DNA from: a virus
Taxonomy: Duplodnaviria; Caudoviricetes
Direction: 5' to 3' (one strand)
IMG/VR virus record: IMGVR_UViG_3300007734_000589
Location: 1 to 32,938 of that record
DNA: 32,938 nt
Part shown: positions 1 to 9,276 of the stretch, in pieces
Numbering within the stretch: the stretch's first letter is position 1
Layout of the letters: each line of letters starts with the position of its first letter
Made by a program: the position numbers and the translations under genes
Notes under the pieces: generated by a model
Seen by the model: only the letters and a program-made list of their open reading frames with translations
Database searches by the model: none
What the model was told of the DNA's origin: nothing

Positions 1-2
1 AA

Positions 3-134
3 GGAGATTGGGTTATCTTTGCTCGTTATGCGGGTTCAAGATTACCAATAGAAGGTGGAGAAGTGCGACTACTAAACGATGACGAAGTACTTGGGACTAT
101 AAAAAATCCTGAAGATGTTCTTCATCATATTTAA
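3..134 (+). CDS. groES: Co-chaperonin GroES (Cpn10), 3' part only
   Basis: Frame 3 reads GDWVIFARYAGSRLPIEGGEVRLLNDDEVLGTIKNPEDVLHHI*, matching the GroES C-terminal pattern GD.V.F..YAG......G.E...L.D.E.LG. Not in the ORF track. Confidence 0.9.
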   Translation, partial: GDWVIFARYAGSRLPIEGGEVRLLNDDEVLGTIKNPEDVLHHI

Positions 135-148
135 ACATAGGAGGCACT

Positions 149-1108
149 ATGCCAGAAGACAAACTAAAAGATCCGATGATTGATGTCGGCGAAAAAGAAG
201 GCGCTGAAATCACATTAGACGAAAACAACGAGCAAACAAAAGCCGTTGCTGAAGAGAAAAGGGAAGAGAAGATTGAGGTTCAACAAGAGGAAGAAAAACC
301 TGTTGTTGAAGCAAAGGTTGAAAAACCTGCTACAGAAAAAGACGAGTTAGAAGAATATAGCGAAGGCGTTAAAAAACGTATTGCTAAATTAACTCGTAAA
401 ATGAGAGAAGCTGAAAGACAAAGAGAAGAAGCTATTCAATTTGCTAATTCTATTAAAAGAGAAAAAGAACAAATTGAATCTAGATTATCAAAAACAGATC
501 AAAGATATGTTTCTGAATTTGAAACTAGAGTTAGTTCTAGTTTAGCAAATGCTAAAGTAGCTCTTAAAGCAGCTATCGATGCTCAAGATGTAGAAGGTCA
601 AGTTAATGCGCAACAACAAATAGCAGAACTTACTTTAGAAGCTGCAAGATTAAGAAATCTTAAAGCTGCTCAAGAAGAGTCAATAGCTAAACAAAAAGAG
701 GTAACAATAACACCTCAACAAACTGTACAAACTGCACAAGTGGATCCCAAAGCGGAAGAATGGGCGGCTAAAAATAGTTGGTTTGGACAGGATTCAGCTA
801 TGACTTATACTGCATTTGATTTGCATAAGAAGCTTGTAGAGGATGAAGGTATAGATCCAAAAAGTGATGAATACTATGAGGAAATTGATAAGAGAATAAG
901 ACTTGAATTTCCCCATAAATTTGCTACAAAGGAAACTATAACTACAGAAAGAGCAAAACCTGCTCAAACTGTAGCATCAGCTAATCGTCCAGCTCAAACA
1001 GGACGCAAAAAAACTGTAAAGCTCACACCTTCACAGGTAGCAATTGCTAAAAGATTAGGTGTGCCACTTGAAGAATATGCGAAACATTTAACCACGAAGG
1101 AGGTATAG
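149..1108 (+). CDS. Putative capsid scaffolding / head assembly protein
   Basis: SD GGAGG at 140-144; acidic N-terminus, long predicted coiled coil, short C-terminal helical domain (LTPSQVAIAKRLGVPLEEYAK); lies upstream of the capsid gene. Confidence 0.6.
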   Translation: MPEDKLKDPMIDVGEKEGAEITLDENNEQTKAVAEEKREEKIEVQQEEEKPVVEAKVEKPATEKDELEEYSEGVKKRIAKLTRKMREAERQREEAIQFANSIKREKEQIESRLSKTDQRYVSEFETRVSSSLANAKVALKAAIDAQDVEGQVNAQQQIAELTLEAARLRNLKAAQEESIAKQKEVTITPQQTVQTAQVDPKAEEWAAKNSWFGQDSAMTYTAFDLHKKLVEDEGIDPKSDEYYEEIDKRIRLEFPHKFATKETITTERAKPAQTVASANRPAQTGRKKTVKLTPSQVAIAKRLGVPLEEYAKHLTTKEV

Positions 1109-1112
1109 GCAT

Positions 1113-1577
1113 ATGGAAAAAAACAAAACAATTAAGACTTCCCGTGCGAGCGAAACAAGGTCAAAAACTGAAAGACCTAAAGTTTGGACTCCACCGTCAT
1201 CTTTAGATGCACCACCTGCGCCTAGCGGCTTTAGACACAGATGGATACGAGCTGAAAGCTTGGGCTTTGATGATACAAAGAACGTAGCTGGAAGATTAAG
1301 ATCAGGTTATGAATTAGTGAGAGCTGATGAATATCCAGATCACGAATATCCAAGTGTTAAGGACGGAAAATACGCAGGAGTCATTGGAGTAGGCGGCCTA
1401 GTGCTGGCTAGAGTACCTGAAGAGATCGCAAAATCTCGTGAAGAGTATTTCGCAAGAAGAACTCGAGAACGAGAAGAAGCTATTGCAAACGATCCTATGA
1501 AGGAACAGCATCCAAGTATGCCGATCAGCAAAGAGAGGCAGACTCGTGTAACTTTTGGTGGTACAAAGAAGGACTAA
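1113..1577 (+). CDS. Phage head-module protein, function unknown
   Basis: SD GGAGG; lies between the scaffold-like and capsid genes; motif LDAPPAP.G..HRWIR. Confidence 0.6.
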   Translation: MEKNKTIKTSRASETRSKTERPKVWTPPSSLDAPPAPSGFRHRWIRAESLGFDDTKNVAGRLRSGYELVRADEYPDHEYPSVKDGKYAGVIGVGGLVLARVPEEIAKSREEYFARRTREREEAIANDPMKEQHPSMPISKERQTRVTFGGTKKD

Positions 1578-1630
1578 TTATTTAGTAATTCCTATCCAAC
1601 AAAGTAATTAAAACTTAACAAGGAGAAAAT

Positions 1631-2182
1631 ATGGCAAACGATACCAAAGCCTATGGCTTAAGAGCTTTAGGAAAGTTGGGAAGTAATCCAGCGAATGGTG
1701 GTCAGGGACAATATAATATTTCTGACAACTATGCTTCAGCTATCTATCAAGGAGATATGGTAACTGTAGACGCGGGTTATCTTGCTGTGGTTACAACAAC
1801 TACTCAAACTACCGTTTTAGGTGTGTTTAATGGTTGTTTAATCGAAGTAAGCCCAACAACAGGTAAGCCGACTTGGTCAAACAAATATGTACAAACGAAT
1901 ATCACTCAAGGTGAAATTCAAGCGTATGTAATTGATGATCCAAATCAGCTTTACTTGGTAAAATCAACTGGAACAGCTGCTGGTCAAACAGCAGTAGGAG
2001 AAGCATACGAGCAAGTATATGCTGCAGGTAATTCTACAAATGGAATTTCTGGAGTGTATTTAAATCTTGGCGCTTCAACTACAGCACAATTAAGAATACT
2101 TCAAACGTCACCTTTCATCGGAAACGAAGAAGGCGTAACTAATGAAGACTTCGTTGTGAAAATAGCTGGAACATTAAACTAA
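1631..2182 (+). CDS. Putative minor capsid / decoration protein
   Basis: SD AGGAG; beta-rich, G/T/V-rich; immediately upstream of the major capsid gene (positional inference). Confidence 0.55.
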   Translation: MANDTKAYGLRALGKLGSNPANGGQGQYNISDNYASAIYQGDMVTVDAGYLAVVTTTTQTTVLGVFNGCLIEVSPTTGKPTWSNKYVQTNITQGEIQAYVIDDPNQLYLVKSTGTAAGQTAVGEAYEQVYAAGNSTNGISGVYLNLGASTTAQLRILQTSPFIGNEEGVTNEDFVVKIAGTLN

Positions 2183-2196
2183 AGGAGACTTAAACT

Positions 2197-3102
2197 ATGG
2201 CTATCTCAAGATCACAACTAGTTAAGGAACTAGAACCAGGTTTAAACGCTCTGTTTGGACTTGAATATAAACGCTATGAAAACGAGCATGAACAAATATT
2301 TGATAAAGAAACTTCTGATCGAGCATTCGAAGAAGAAGTGATGTTATCAGGTTTTGGTAATGCTTCTATCAAAGCAGAAGGTCAAGGTGTTACATATGAT
2401 ACAGCACAAGAAACTTTCACTGCTAGATATACGCACAATACTATAGCTCTTGCATTTTCAATCACTGAAGAAGCGATTGAAGATAACTTGTATGACAGAC
2501 TTGCGTCTAGATATACAAAAGCATTAGCTAGATCTATGGCGAATACAAAGCAAGTAACAGCTGCTAACGTTTTAAATAACGGATTCAGCTCTACTTACCC
2601 AGGTGGTGACGGCTCTGCGTTGTTTTCAACATCACACGCGACTATTGCTGGTTCATTCAGCAATACATTAGCTACTCAAGCTGACTTAAACGAAACATCA
2701 TTAGAACAGTCTTTAATTGACATTGCTGCTCTAACTGATGAAAGAGGTTTAAAAATTGCAGCTCAAGGAATTAAATTAATTATTCCTTCTCAATTGCAAT
2801 TTACAGCTGATAGATTAATGGCTTCCGCTGGTAGAGTTGGAACAGCTGATAATGATATCAATGCAATCAAAAACATGGGAATGATTTCTGGTGGTTACAC
2901 TATTAATCACTTCTTAACTGATTCTGATGCATTCTTCATTAAGACAGATGTACCAAACGGTATGAAGTATTTCGAAAGATCACCGATTAGAACTTCTATG
3001 GAAGGTGATTTCGAAACTGGTAACGTTAGATACAAAGCTAGAGAAAGATACAGCTTCGGCTGGTCTGACCCTAGAGGTATCTTCGGTTCATCAGGAGCGT
3101 AA
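2197..3102 (+). CDS. Major capsid protein (Mu gpT-like, HK97 fold)
   Basis: N-terminus MAISRSQLVKELEPGLNALFGLEY and C-terminus GNVRYKARERYSFGWSDPRG are typical of this capsid family in aquatic podoviruses; strong SD. Confidence 0.9.
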   Translation: MAISRSQLVKELEPGLNALFGLEYKRYENEHEQIFDKETSDRAFEEEVMLSGFGNASIKAEGQGVTYDTAQETFTARYTHNTIALAFSITEEAIEDNLYDRLASRYTKALARSMANTKQVTAANVLNNGFSSTYPGGDGSALFSTSHATIAGSFSNTLATQADLNETSLEQSLIDIAALTDERGLKIAAQGIKLIIPSQLQFTADRLMASAGRVGTADNDINAIKNMGMISGGYTINHFLTDSDAFFIKTDVPNGMKYFERSPIRTSMEGDFETGNVRYKARERYSFGWSDPRGIFGSSGA

Positions 3103-3110
3103 GGACTTTC

Positions 3111-3141
3111 TTTATGGGGCGGGCTTGACTCGCCCCATAAA
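3111..3141 (+). promoter_or_regulatory. Strong hairpin after the capsid stop codon, overlapping a possible sigma70 -35 box
   Basis: TTTATGGGGCGGG / CTCGCCCCATAAA 13-bp stem with one G-U pair and loop CTTGA; no U-tract; TTGACT (3125-3130) is 17 nt before TAAAAC (3148-3153). Confidence 0.7.
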
Positions 3142-3166
3142 TCAATATAAAACCATCCGTGAGAAG

Positions 3167-3442
3167 ATGAAAATATATCTAATAAAGCTATTTTTTGACG
3201 GCATTAAAATCCAATTTACATTGGAATCTGAACCCATAAACACTACCGAATCTTTACATCAGAAAGTACTTGACTTTCTGGGAAAAATGAGTAAAGAGCA
3301 ACTAGAGAAATTAATTAGTCCTAAACAGATTAGTAATTTCTCTTATATAACCTATGAGGAGGTTGAGCGTGACATCATTGTCCCAATCACTTCTGGCCAA
3401 GAAAATAGACTTGGAATCACAGTGGAACAAGTCTTATCTTGA
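3167..3442 (+). CDS. Hypothetical protein (91 aa)
   Basis: ATG at 3167 lies in the 3005-3442 ORF frame just after the hairpin; no recognisable domain. Confidence 0.5.
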   Translation: MKIYLIKLFFDGIKIQFTLESEPINTTESLHQKVLDFLGKMSKEQLEKLISPKQISNFSYITYEEVERDIIVPITSGQENRLGITVEQVLS

Positions 3443-3593
3443 ACAGGGTAGTATAACTACTGACATGCAGTGGTTAGACGTAGAGTTGAAGGAAGTCAAA
3501 AGACAAATTCTTCAACAGGATCTTGAAACCGCTAGACAACAAAACAATGTTGTTTTAAGCGAAGAAGAAGATCCAGCATTTATAGCTAGCTAA
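3354..3593 (+). CDS. Hypothetical coiled-coil protein (79 aa)
   Basis: Helical, acidic C-terminus; overlaps the previous ORF; stop codon lies in the loop of the TATAGCTAG/CTAGCTATA hairpin (3581-3603). Confidence 0.55.
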   Translation: MRRLSVTSLSQSLLAKKIDLESQWNKSYLEQGSITTDMQWLDVELKEVKRQILQQDLETARQQNNVVLSEEEDPAFIAS

Positions 3594-3640
3594 ACTAGCT
3601 ATATAATTGGAATAAAAGTGAGAGAAACTTAAGCCACCCC

Positions 3641-3669
3641 TTGCTCTTTCTGAAAAATTAAGCTATATT
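3641..3669 (+). promoter_or_regulatory. Sigma70-like promoter
   Basis: TTGCTC-17 nt-TATATT; predicted +1 near 3676, the first base of the structured leader. Confidence 0.55.
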
Positions 3670-3675
3670 TCAATT

Positions 3676-3747
3676 ACTATACATTAACATCTGATGTAGA
3701 CGCGTATAGTCGATAGGCCTAATAACTACATTAGATTATTTAGGAGG
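3676..3747 (+). ncRNA. Structured pseudoknotted leader RNA, probably related to the Mu-gpT-DE RNA motif
   Basis: ACTATAC(3676-82)/GTATAGT(3704-10); ATCTGATGTAG(3689-99)/CTACATTAGAT(3726-36); CCTAA(3718-22)/TTAGG(3740-44, overlapping the SD). Downstream of a Mu gpT-like capsid gene. Family name is from context, not from a covariance search. Confidence 0.6.
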
Positions 3748-3755
3748 ATAAACAT

Positions 3756-4229
3756 ATGGCAAAAACTACTTTCCAAGGAGTTGTAAGATCTTACGGCGGA
3801 CAGAACAAAGAATCAAATGTGTTCGCAGGTACAGTTGTTCTTGCAGCAAAAGGAATTTTAACAGGAAATACTTCAGTGTATTCAGCTGTTAAAAATATAG
3901 ACAACAATCAAAACATCGTGTTACCAGCTGGTGCACAAATCGTTGATGTTGTTCATGCTGCTACAGGTGCTGCTTCAAAAGCATTAAACCTTGGTACTAC
4001 TTCAACTGCAGGTCAAGCAAATTCTACTTCAATCGCTTTCGCATTAAGCGCTGATGGCGTTCAATCAGCTCTTGCTGGTAATGATTTAGGTTCTTTTGCA
4101 AGAAGTCCACTTACAGTTAATTCAACTGTATTTGGTGCAGGCACAGGTACATCTACTATTGCTTCAACTACTTCTGTAATTATCTATTACACAATTAGTG
4201 ACAATGGTCAGCCAGGCGAAGTCAGCTAA
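3756..4229 (+). CDS. Putative virion structural protein
   Basis: SD AGGAGG; N-terminus MAKTTFQGVVRS; small-residue-rich beta protein in the head-to-tail module. Confidence 0.6.
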   Translation: MAKTTFQGVVRSYGGQNKESNVFAGTVVLAAKGILTGNTSVYSAVKNIDNNQNIVLPAGAQIVDVVHAATGAASKALNLGTTSTAGQANSTSIAFALSADGVQSALAGNDLGSFARSPLTVNSTVFGAGTGTSTIASTTSVIIYYTISDNGQPGEVS

Positions 4230-4237
4230 TTAATTTT

Positions 4238-4267
4238 TTAATGGAGCTCCTTCGGGAGCTCTATTAA
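4238..4267 (+). promoter_or_regulatory. Intergenic cUUCGg tetraloop hairpin (mRNA stability or weak terminator)
   Basis: TTAATGGAGCTCC-TTCG-GGAGCTCTATTAA; no downstream U-tract; the next SD follows directly. Confidence 0.75.
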
Positions 4268-4282
4268 TAAAAGGAGAAAAAA

Positions 4283-4618
4283 ATGAGTTATAAAAGTGAT
4301 GTAAAACCGGTCAGTACATCTGCAACAAGTGCAGTTCTATTTACTGGTCCAACTAGACTTCGTGGATTCTTAATTCAATCTACAGGAAGTTCTGGATCAG
4401 CAGTAATTAATGGTTTAGCAAACGCTACAACAGTTAGCTCTTCAACTAATACACAAGTTTATTTACAAGTGTTTGTTGGTGCTAACCAAACTGAAACATT
4501 AAATCTTCCAGAAGATGGTGTTCTGTACGCAGGTAGAAATGGAACAGGTATTGTTGATGGAGTTGGTGTAACAGCTAATAGTGGTGCATTAAATATTACG
4601 CTATTTATAGATAAATAG
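4283..4618 (+). CDS. Putative virion structural protein
   Basis: SD AGGAG; beta-rich; structural-module position. Confidence 0.55.
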   Translation: MSYKSDVKPVSTSATSAVLFTGPTRLRGFLIQSTGSSGSAVINGLANATTVSSSTNTQVYLQVFVGANQTETLNLPEDGVLYAGRNGTGIVDGVGVTANSGALNITLFIDK

Positions 4619-4626
4619 GAGAGTAG

Positions 4627-5364
4627 ATGACTACTTCCGGAACTACAAGTTTTAATCTTGAACTAGATGAGCTTTTTGACGAAGCTTTTGGACGTGTAGG
4701 TATTGGAGGAACAAGATCTGGTTTTCACTTAAGAGCAGCAAGAAGAAATCTTAATATTTTATTATCGGAGTGGGATAATAGAGGTGTTCATTTATGGAAG
4801 GTAAAATTAGCTACAATTCCATTAGTATTAGGACAAGCTGAATATAGTTATTCATCAGATCCTACAAACTATCCAAGTGATATTAACGATGTATTAGAGG
4901 CATATATTAGAAATAATACATCTCCAAACGCTTCGCTACCCACAGATACTTCATTAACTAAAATAGACAGATCTGCTTATGCAGCTTTACCAAATAAATT
5001 ATCACAAGGAACACCTTCTCAATATTATGTTCAAAGAGGATATAGTCCGAGTATATTTTTATATCAAACACCAGGAACACAATTTTCAAGTCAAAGCACA
5101 CCAAGCAATTATCAATTAAGATTTTATTATCTTGCAAGAATCGAAGATGCTGGAAAATACACAAACACTCCAGATGTTGTATTTAGATTTTTACCGTGTT
5201 TAACTTCAGGACTTTCTTACTATTTAAGTATTACTTATAAACCTGAAAAAACAGAAATGTTAAAATTAGTTTATGAAGACGAAATGCAAAGAGCATTAAC
5301 TCAAGACTCACAAGCTGCTTCATTATTTATATCACCAAAAACATTCTATGGAGATGGTGTATAA
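4627..5364 (+). CDS. Putative head-tail adaptor / tail tubular protein
   Basis: MTTSGTTSFNL...AARRNLNILLSEWDNRGVHLW and LPNK..QG.P.QYY patterns; helical termini as in podovirus adaptors. Confidence 0.6.
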   Translation: MTTSGTTSFNLELDELFDEAFGRVGIGGTRSGFHLRAARRNLNILLSEWDNRGVHLWKVKLATIPLVLGQAEYSYSSDPTNYPSDINDVLEAYIRNNTSPNASLPTDTSLTKIDRSAYAALPNKLSQGTPSQYYVQRGYSPSIFLYQTPGTQFSSQSTPSNYQLRFYYLARIEDAGKYTNTPDVVFRFLPCLTSGLSYYLSITYKPEKTEMLKLVYEDEMQRALTQDSQAASLFISPKTFYGDGV

Positions 5365-6131
5365 TGACAAGTTTTGCTACAGGTAAGAAAGCTTACGCCA
5401 TATCAGATAGATCTGGCCAGCGATTCCCGTATGACGAAATGGTAACAGAATGGAATGGATCATTTGTCCATTTCAGCGAATACGAACCTAAACAACCTCA
5501 ATTAGAACCAAAAGTACCAGGCAACGATCCGCAAGGATTGCTCAACGCACGACCAGATCGTGTAGAGCCATTGTCAGTTGTATTATTAGCTTTCAATCCA
5601 TTATTATCAACAGCAGGAAGTTCTACTATTTTAGTTAATGAACCAGGTCATGAAAAAACAACTGGAAATAAAATTATATTTACAAATGTAAATGCATCTA
5701 ATGGATTTACTAATGCTATGTTAAATACAACACTTGGATTTTCACTAACAGTAGTTAATACTAATCAATATACCATCAATGCTCAAACTACCGCGAGCGC
5801 GAGCGGGAACTTCGGTGGACAACCATCTGTAGGACCTTCAGCAGTTGCATTACCTAATAATGCTTTTGAAGTCACAGCAGGTAGTTCTACAATACAAGTT
5901 AATCAACCTAATCATGGCAAAGTAACAGGAAATACTGTTCAATTTCAAAGTTTAACAGTGGTTAATGCTTTTTTAACTTCTTCAGGATTTCAACAATCAG
6001 TCTTAACAACTTCAACTGGATATAGTATAACAGTTGTTAATTTAGATAATTATCGTTTTAACGCATCGTCAGGAACAGGTCTATTAACGACAAAGATTGG
6101 CGGCGGATCGGCGACAGCGGAGACAATATAG
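5364..6131 (+). CDS. Virion protein with a small N-terminal domain and two tandem beta-domain repeats
   Basis: Repeats TAGSSTILVNEPGH..TGN.I.F and TAGSSTIQVNQPNH..TGN.V.F; TAATG coupling to the upstream gene. Confidence 0.6.
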   Translation: MTSFATGKKAYAISDRSGQRFPYDEMVTEWNGSFVHFSEYEPKQPQLEPKVPGNDPQGLLNARPDRVEPLSVVLLAFNPLLSTAGSSTILVNEPGHEKTTGNKIIFTNVNASNGFTNAMLNTTLGFSLTVVNTNQYTINAQTTASASGNFGGQPSVGPSAVALPNNAFEVTAGSSTIQVNQPNHGKVTGNTVQFQSLTVVNAFLTSSGFQQSVLTTSTGYSITVVNLDNYRFNASSGTGLLTTKIGGGSATAETI

Positions 6132-6132
6132 T

Positions 6133-6816
6133 ATGGCACTAACATATTCACAACTTGTAACTCAAATTAGAAACTATACAGAAGTAGATAGTAATGGATT
6201 ATCTGACAATACAGTTTCTGTAATTGTTCAAAATACTGAAAATAGAATTTATAGAGAATTAAATATAGACGCTTACAGATTATATGCATCAGCAGTAACT
6301 ACTGCAGGAACAACTACAATTTCTGTACCATCAGGACTTCGTAATATTAGATACGTAGAAATGATTTCTCCAGATGGTGAAATTAGTAATTTAGAACAAA
6401 AAGATAGTTCTTACATGGCAGAATTTAATAATTTTCCAAACTCTTCTACTTATTATGAAAAACCAAGATATTGGGCAAACTGGAATGAAACAACATGGTT
6501 TGTAGCACCAACTCCTAATACAACTTATGCAATTAATATTGCTTATTATTCACAAGGAACTTCTATAACTGCTGGTAATTCAGCAACTTCAACGACTTAT
6601 ATATCTACTTTTGCTCAAGATTTACTTCTTTATGGTTCTTTAGTTGAAACATATAAATACTTGAAAGGTCCAGCAGATATGATACAAGTGTATGAACAAT
6701 CTTATCAACAAGCCAGAGAATCATTTGGTGTTGAACAGACAGGTAGAAGAAGAAGAGACGAATATGTTGACGGAGAACCTAGAGTTGTAGTAGATTCACC
6801 GCCACCAAGTAAATAA
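6133..6816 (+). CDS. Putative second adaptor-like tail protein
   Basis: ATG at 6133 (MALTYSQLVTQIRNYTE); APTP...Y and LLLYGSLVE motifs. Confidence 0.6.
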   Translation: MALTYSQLVTQIRNYTEVDSNGLSDNTVSVIVQNTENRIYRELNIDAYRLYASAVTTAGTTTISVPSGLRNIRYVEMISPDGEISNLEQKDSSYMAEFNNFPNSSTYYEKPRYWANWNETTWFVAPTPNTTYAINIAYYSQGTSITAGNSATSTTYISTFAQDLLLYGSLVETYKYLKGPADMIQVYEQSYQQARESFGVEQTGRRRRDEYVDGEPRVVVDSPPPSK

Positions 6817-6828
6817 TAAGGAGTTAAT

Positions 6829-7266
6829 ATGGCAAATATAGTACCAAATAGTTTTAAAGAAGAATTATTTGAAGCGATTCACGATTTTACAGCTTCTACA
6901 GGCGATACATTTAAATTAGCTTTATATAACACTGTTGCAGGTTTTGCTGCGGCAACAACAACTGTGTATGCTGCAACAATCGGATCAAGTGTTGAAGTGA
7001 CAGGTACAGGTTATACTGCTACTGGAGCAACTCTTACAAATATTTCACCAACAGTTGCACAAAATGTTGCATTCGTAGATTTTGCTGATGTAACTTTTTC
7101 AACAGCAACTATTACAGCATCATGTGCTTTAATTTATAACACAACAAATGGAAGCAAAGCAGTTGTGGTATTAGATTTCGGTGGTGATAAAACTTCAACG
7201 AACGGCGACTTTACTATTCAGTTCCCAGCAGCGAATTCAACAAGCGCAATCTTGAGAATATCGTAG
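6829..7266 (+). CDS. Putative tail structural protein
   Basis: SD GGAG; FKLALY...GY...G..L and VLDFG.DK.S..G.FTIQFP patterns seen in aquatic phage tail modules. Confidence 0.6.
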   Translation: MANIVPNSFKEELFEAIHDFTASTGDTFKLALYNTVAGFAAATTTVYAATIGSSVEVTGTGYTATGATLTNISPTVAQNVAFVDFADVTFSTATITASCALIYNTTNGSKAVVVLDFGGDKTSTNGDFTIQFPAANSTSAILRIS

Positions 7267-7285
7267 TAGTTCGCCATAAAAAATT

Positions 7286-8218
7286 ATGGCTAATAATACT
7301 TGGGGAATACATCCATGGAGTCAAGGCAAATGGGGTCAACAGACTACTGATGTAGTTGTAGAAGTTGGTATTTCAAAAGGTTGGGGTCGTGTTTCATGGG
7401 GCGAAGGAGCGTGGAATGAATCAGTTCCAATTGATGCTCTATCATTAAATTCAGGAACCATTTCTATAATTGGTAAAGCAGAAGTTGCTTTAACCGGAAA
7501 TAATTTACAAGTTGAAACAGGAACAATTACATTTGCTGGTAAAGCAACAGTTGATGTAACAGGAAATAATTTAACTTTAAATATTGGCAACGCCATTATA
7601 ACTGCAAAATCTAATGTTAATGCAAGTACAAATTTATTAAATTTACTTGTTCAAAGTCCAAATATTATTGCAGGTGGTTCAGTAACCGATGCAGTTGTTG
7701 GTGAAGAATTAGAAGTTAATGTTGGAACAGTATCATTTAGTTTAGATAGTGTATTTACTGCAACAGGATCAAGTGTTCAAATAGGAACAGGTCAAGTTAC
7801 AATTCAATTACCAACTGTTATTCAAGCAACAGGTTCAAGTGTTGTTACATCTGTTGGAACTGCTGAAGTAAAAGCTAAAAGTGTTTTAAGTGTTACCGGT
7901 AATCAAGTTAATGTTCAAACTGGTAATCCTACTCTTTCACTAGGATTAGGAGTCACAGCAACTGGCTCTAGTGTGACGGTTAATGTTGGCACAGTTAATA
8001 TAGAATCAAGATACTTTGTTACAGGAAATCAAGTAACAGTAGGAGTTGGAAATGTAATACTTTCAACAGATCAGGTTATAATACCTTCTTCAAATCAATT
8101 GACAGTAGGTTCAGGAAGCCCTATTATATATGGCTGGAATATTATAAATCCAACAACAGGTCAAAACTGGTCTGCTATAAACCCGAACACAGGACAAAAC
8201 TGGGTTGATATAACTTAA
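7286..8218 (+). CDS. Repetitive beta-strand tail fibre-like protein with Trp-Gly end motifs
   Basis: About 26-aa repeats of type V.TG..L.V..G.V; W-G/W-S repeats at the N-terminus and W..INP.TGQNW twice at the C-terminus. Confidence 0.6.
   Translation: MANNTWGIHPWSQGKWGQQTTDVVVEVGISKGWGRVSWGEGAWNESVPIDALSLNSGTISIIGKAEVALTGNNLQVETGTITFAGKATVDVTGNNLTLNIGNAIITAKSNVNASTNLLNLLVQSPNIIAGGSVTDAVVGEELEVNVGTVSFSLDSVFTATGSSVQIGTGQVTIQLPTVIQATGSSVVTSVGTAEVKAKSVLSVTGNQVNVQTGNPTLSLGLGVTATGSSVTVNVGTVNIESRYFVTGNQVTVGVGNVILSTDQVIIPSSNQLTVGSGSPIIYGWNIINPTTGQNWSAINPNTGQNWVDIT
8099..8127 (+). promoter_or_regulatory. Sigma70-like internal promoter
   Basis: TTGACA-17 nt-TATTAT inside the 3' end of 7286-8218. Confidence 0.6.
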
Positions 8219-8242
8219 TAAAAGTGATATGGAGAATTTAAT

Positions 8243-9264
8243 ATGGCAAGTACATTTAGTAATTTAGGTTTAAACCTACAAGCAACTGGTGAAAACTCGG
8301 GTACCTGGGGTGAATTAACTAACGTCAATTTACAAGAAATAGATAATGCGATCGCCGGTGTTGTAACAATAACACTAACAGGCAATACGACATTAGCATT
8401 TACATCAAATGCAACTTCTACAACATTCACAGACGAAGCTGGAAGAAATAAAACAATTATTTTATCAGGAGCACTATCAGCAACAACAGTTACAGTTTCA
8501 GTTCCAAATATAGAAAAAGATTATGTCATCATAAACAATTCAGGTGCAACAGCTACTATCTCATCAGGAGGTTCTACAACTGTATCTATCGCAACAGGTT
8601 CTAAAAATTATGTAATTGTAGATCCATCTACGACTTCGGTTATTTCAGCGATTCCTGCATCAAATCCGGGTGGATCAAATACACAAGTTCAATTTAATAA
8701 TCTAATTCTTTTGGTGGTTCATCTACTTTTACATTTGATGGCACAACAGTTACAATTGTAAACGCAACATTTTCAAGCACAGCTAATTTATTAACTCAAT
8801 CTGAATTAAGATTCCAAGATACATCAGGTGGCCAGTATGTTGGATTAAGAGCTTCAACTACTGTTGCAACATCTTTCACATTAAACCTACCAACAACATC
8901 AGGAACAGCAAACCAAGTTATTCAAACCGATGGCTCTGGTAATTTATCTTTTGCAACCGTATCAGGCGGCGCTGCGTGGCAAGCTGTTAAAACAGGAAAT
9001 TTCAACGTCACTGCAAAAGAAGGATATTTTGTAAACACAACTTCAGGTGCTATTACAGCAACACTTCCATCTTCTCCAACATTAGGAGACTTTGTATCAT
9101 TCATCGATTACGCTGGAACATTTGACACTAATAATTTAACGGTGGCAAGAAACGGCAAACCCATCCAAGGTTCGGCAACAGATTTAACAGTTGCAACAGA
9201 AAGAGCAGGATTCACACTTGTATTTGTTGACAATACTCAAGGTTGGCTGTTACAGAATAATTAA
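8243..9264 (+). CDS. Tail fibre protein, split by a single-base frameshift near 8700
   Basis: Frame 2 reads ..GGSNTQVQFNN; frame 1 from 8701 continues SNSFGGSSTFTFDG..LRFQD..LPTTSGTANQVIQTDGSGNLSF..GYFVNTTSGAITATLP..QGWLLQNN*. These are typical fibre motifs. Confidence 0.75.
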
Positions 9265-9276
9265 CGGAGGTTTGAA

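Noticed and set aside
3005-3442. T7 10B-style frameshift extension of the capsid via the overlapping +1 ORF
   Set aside because: No slippery sequence near the capsid end; a downstream ATG at 3167 explains the ORF.
3689-3736. Hammerhead ribozyme suggested by CTGATG
   Set aside because: The sequence is CTGATGT, not CTGATGA, and no GAAA core is correctly placed.
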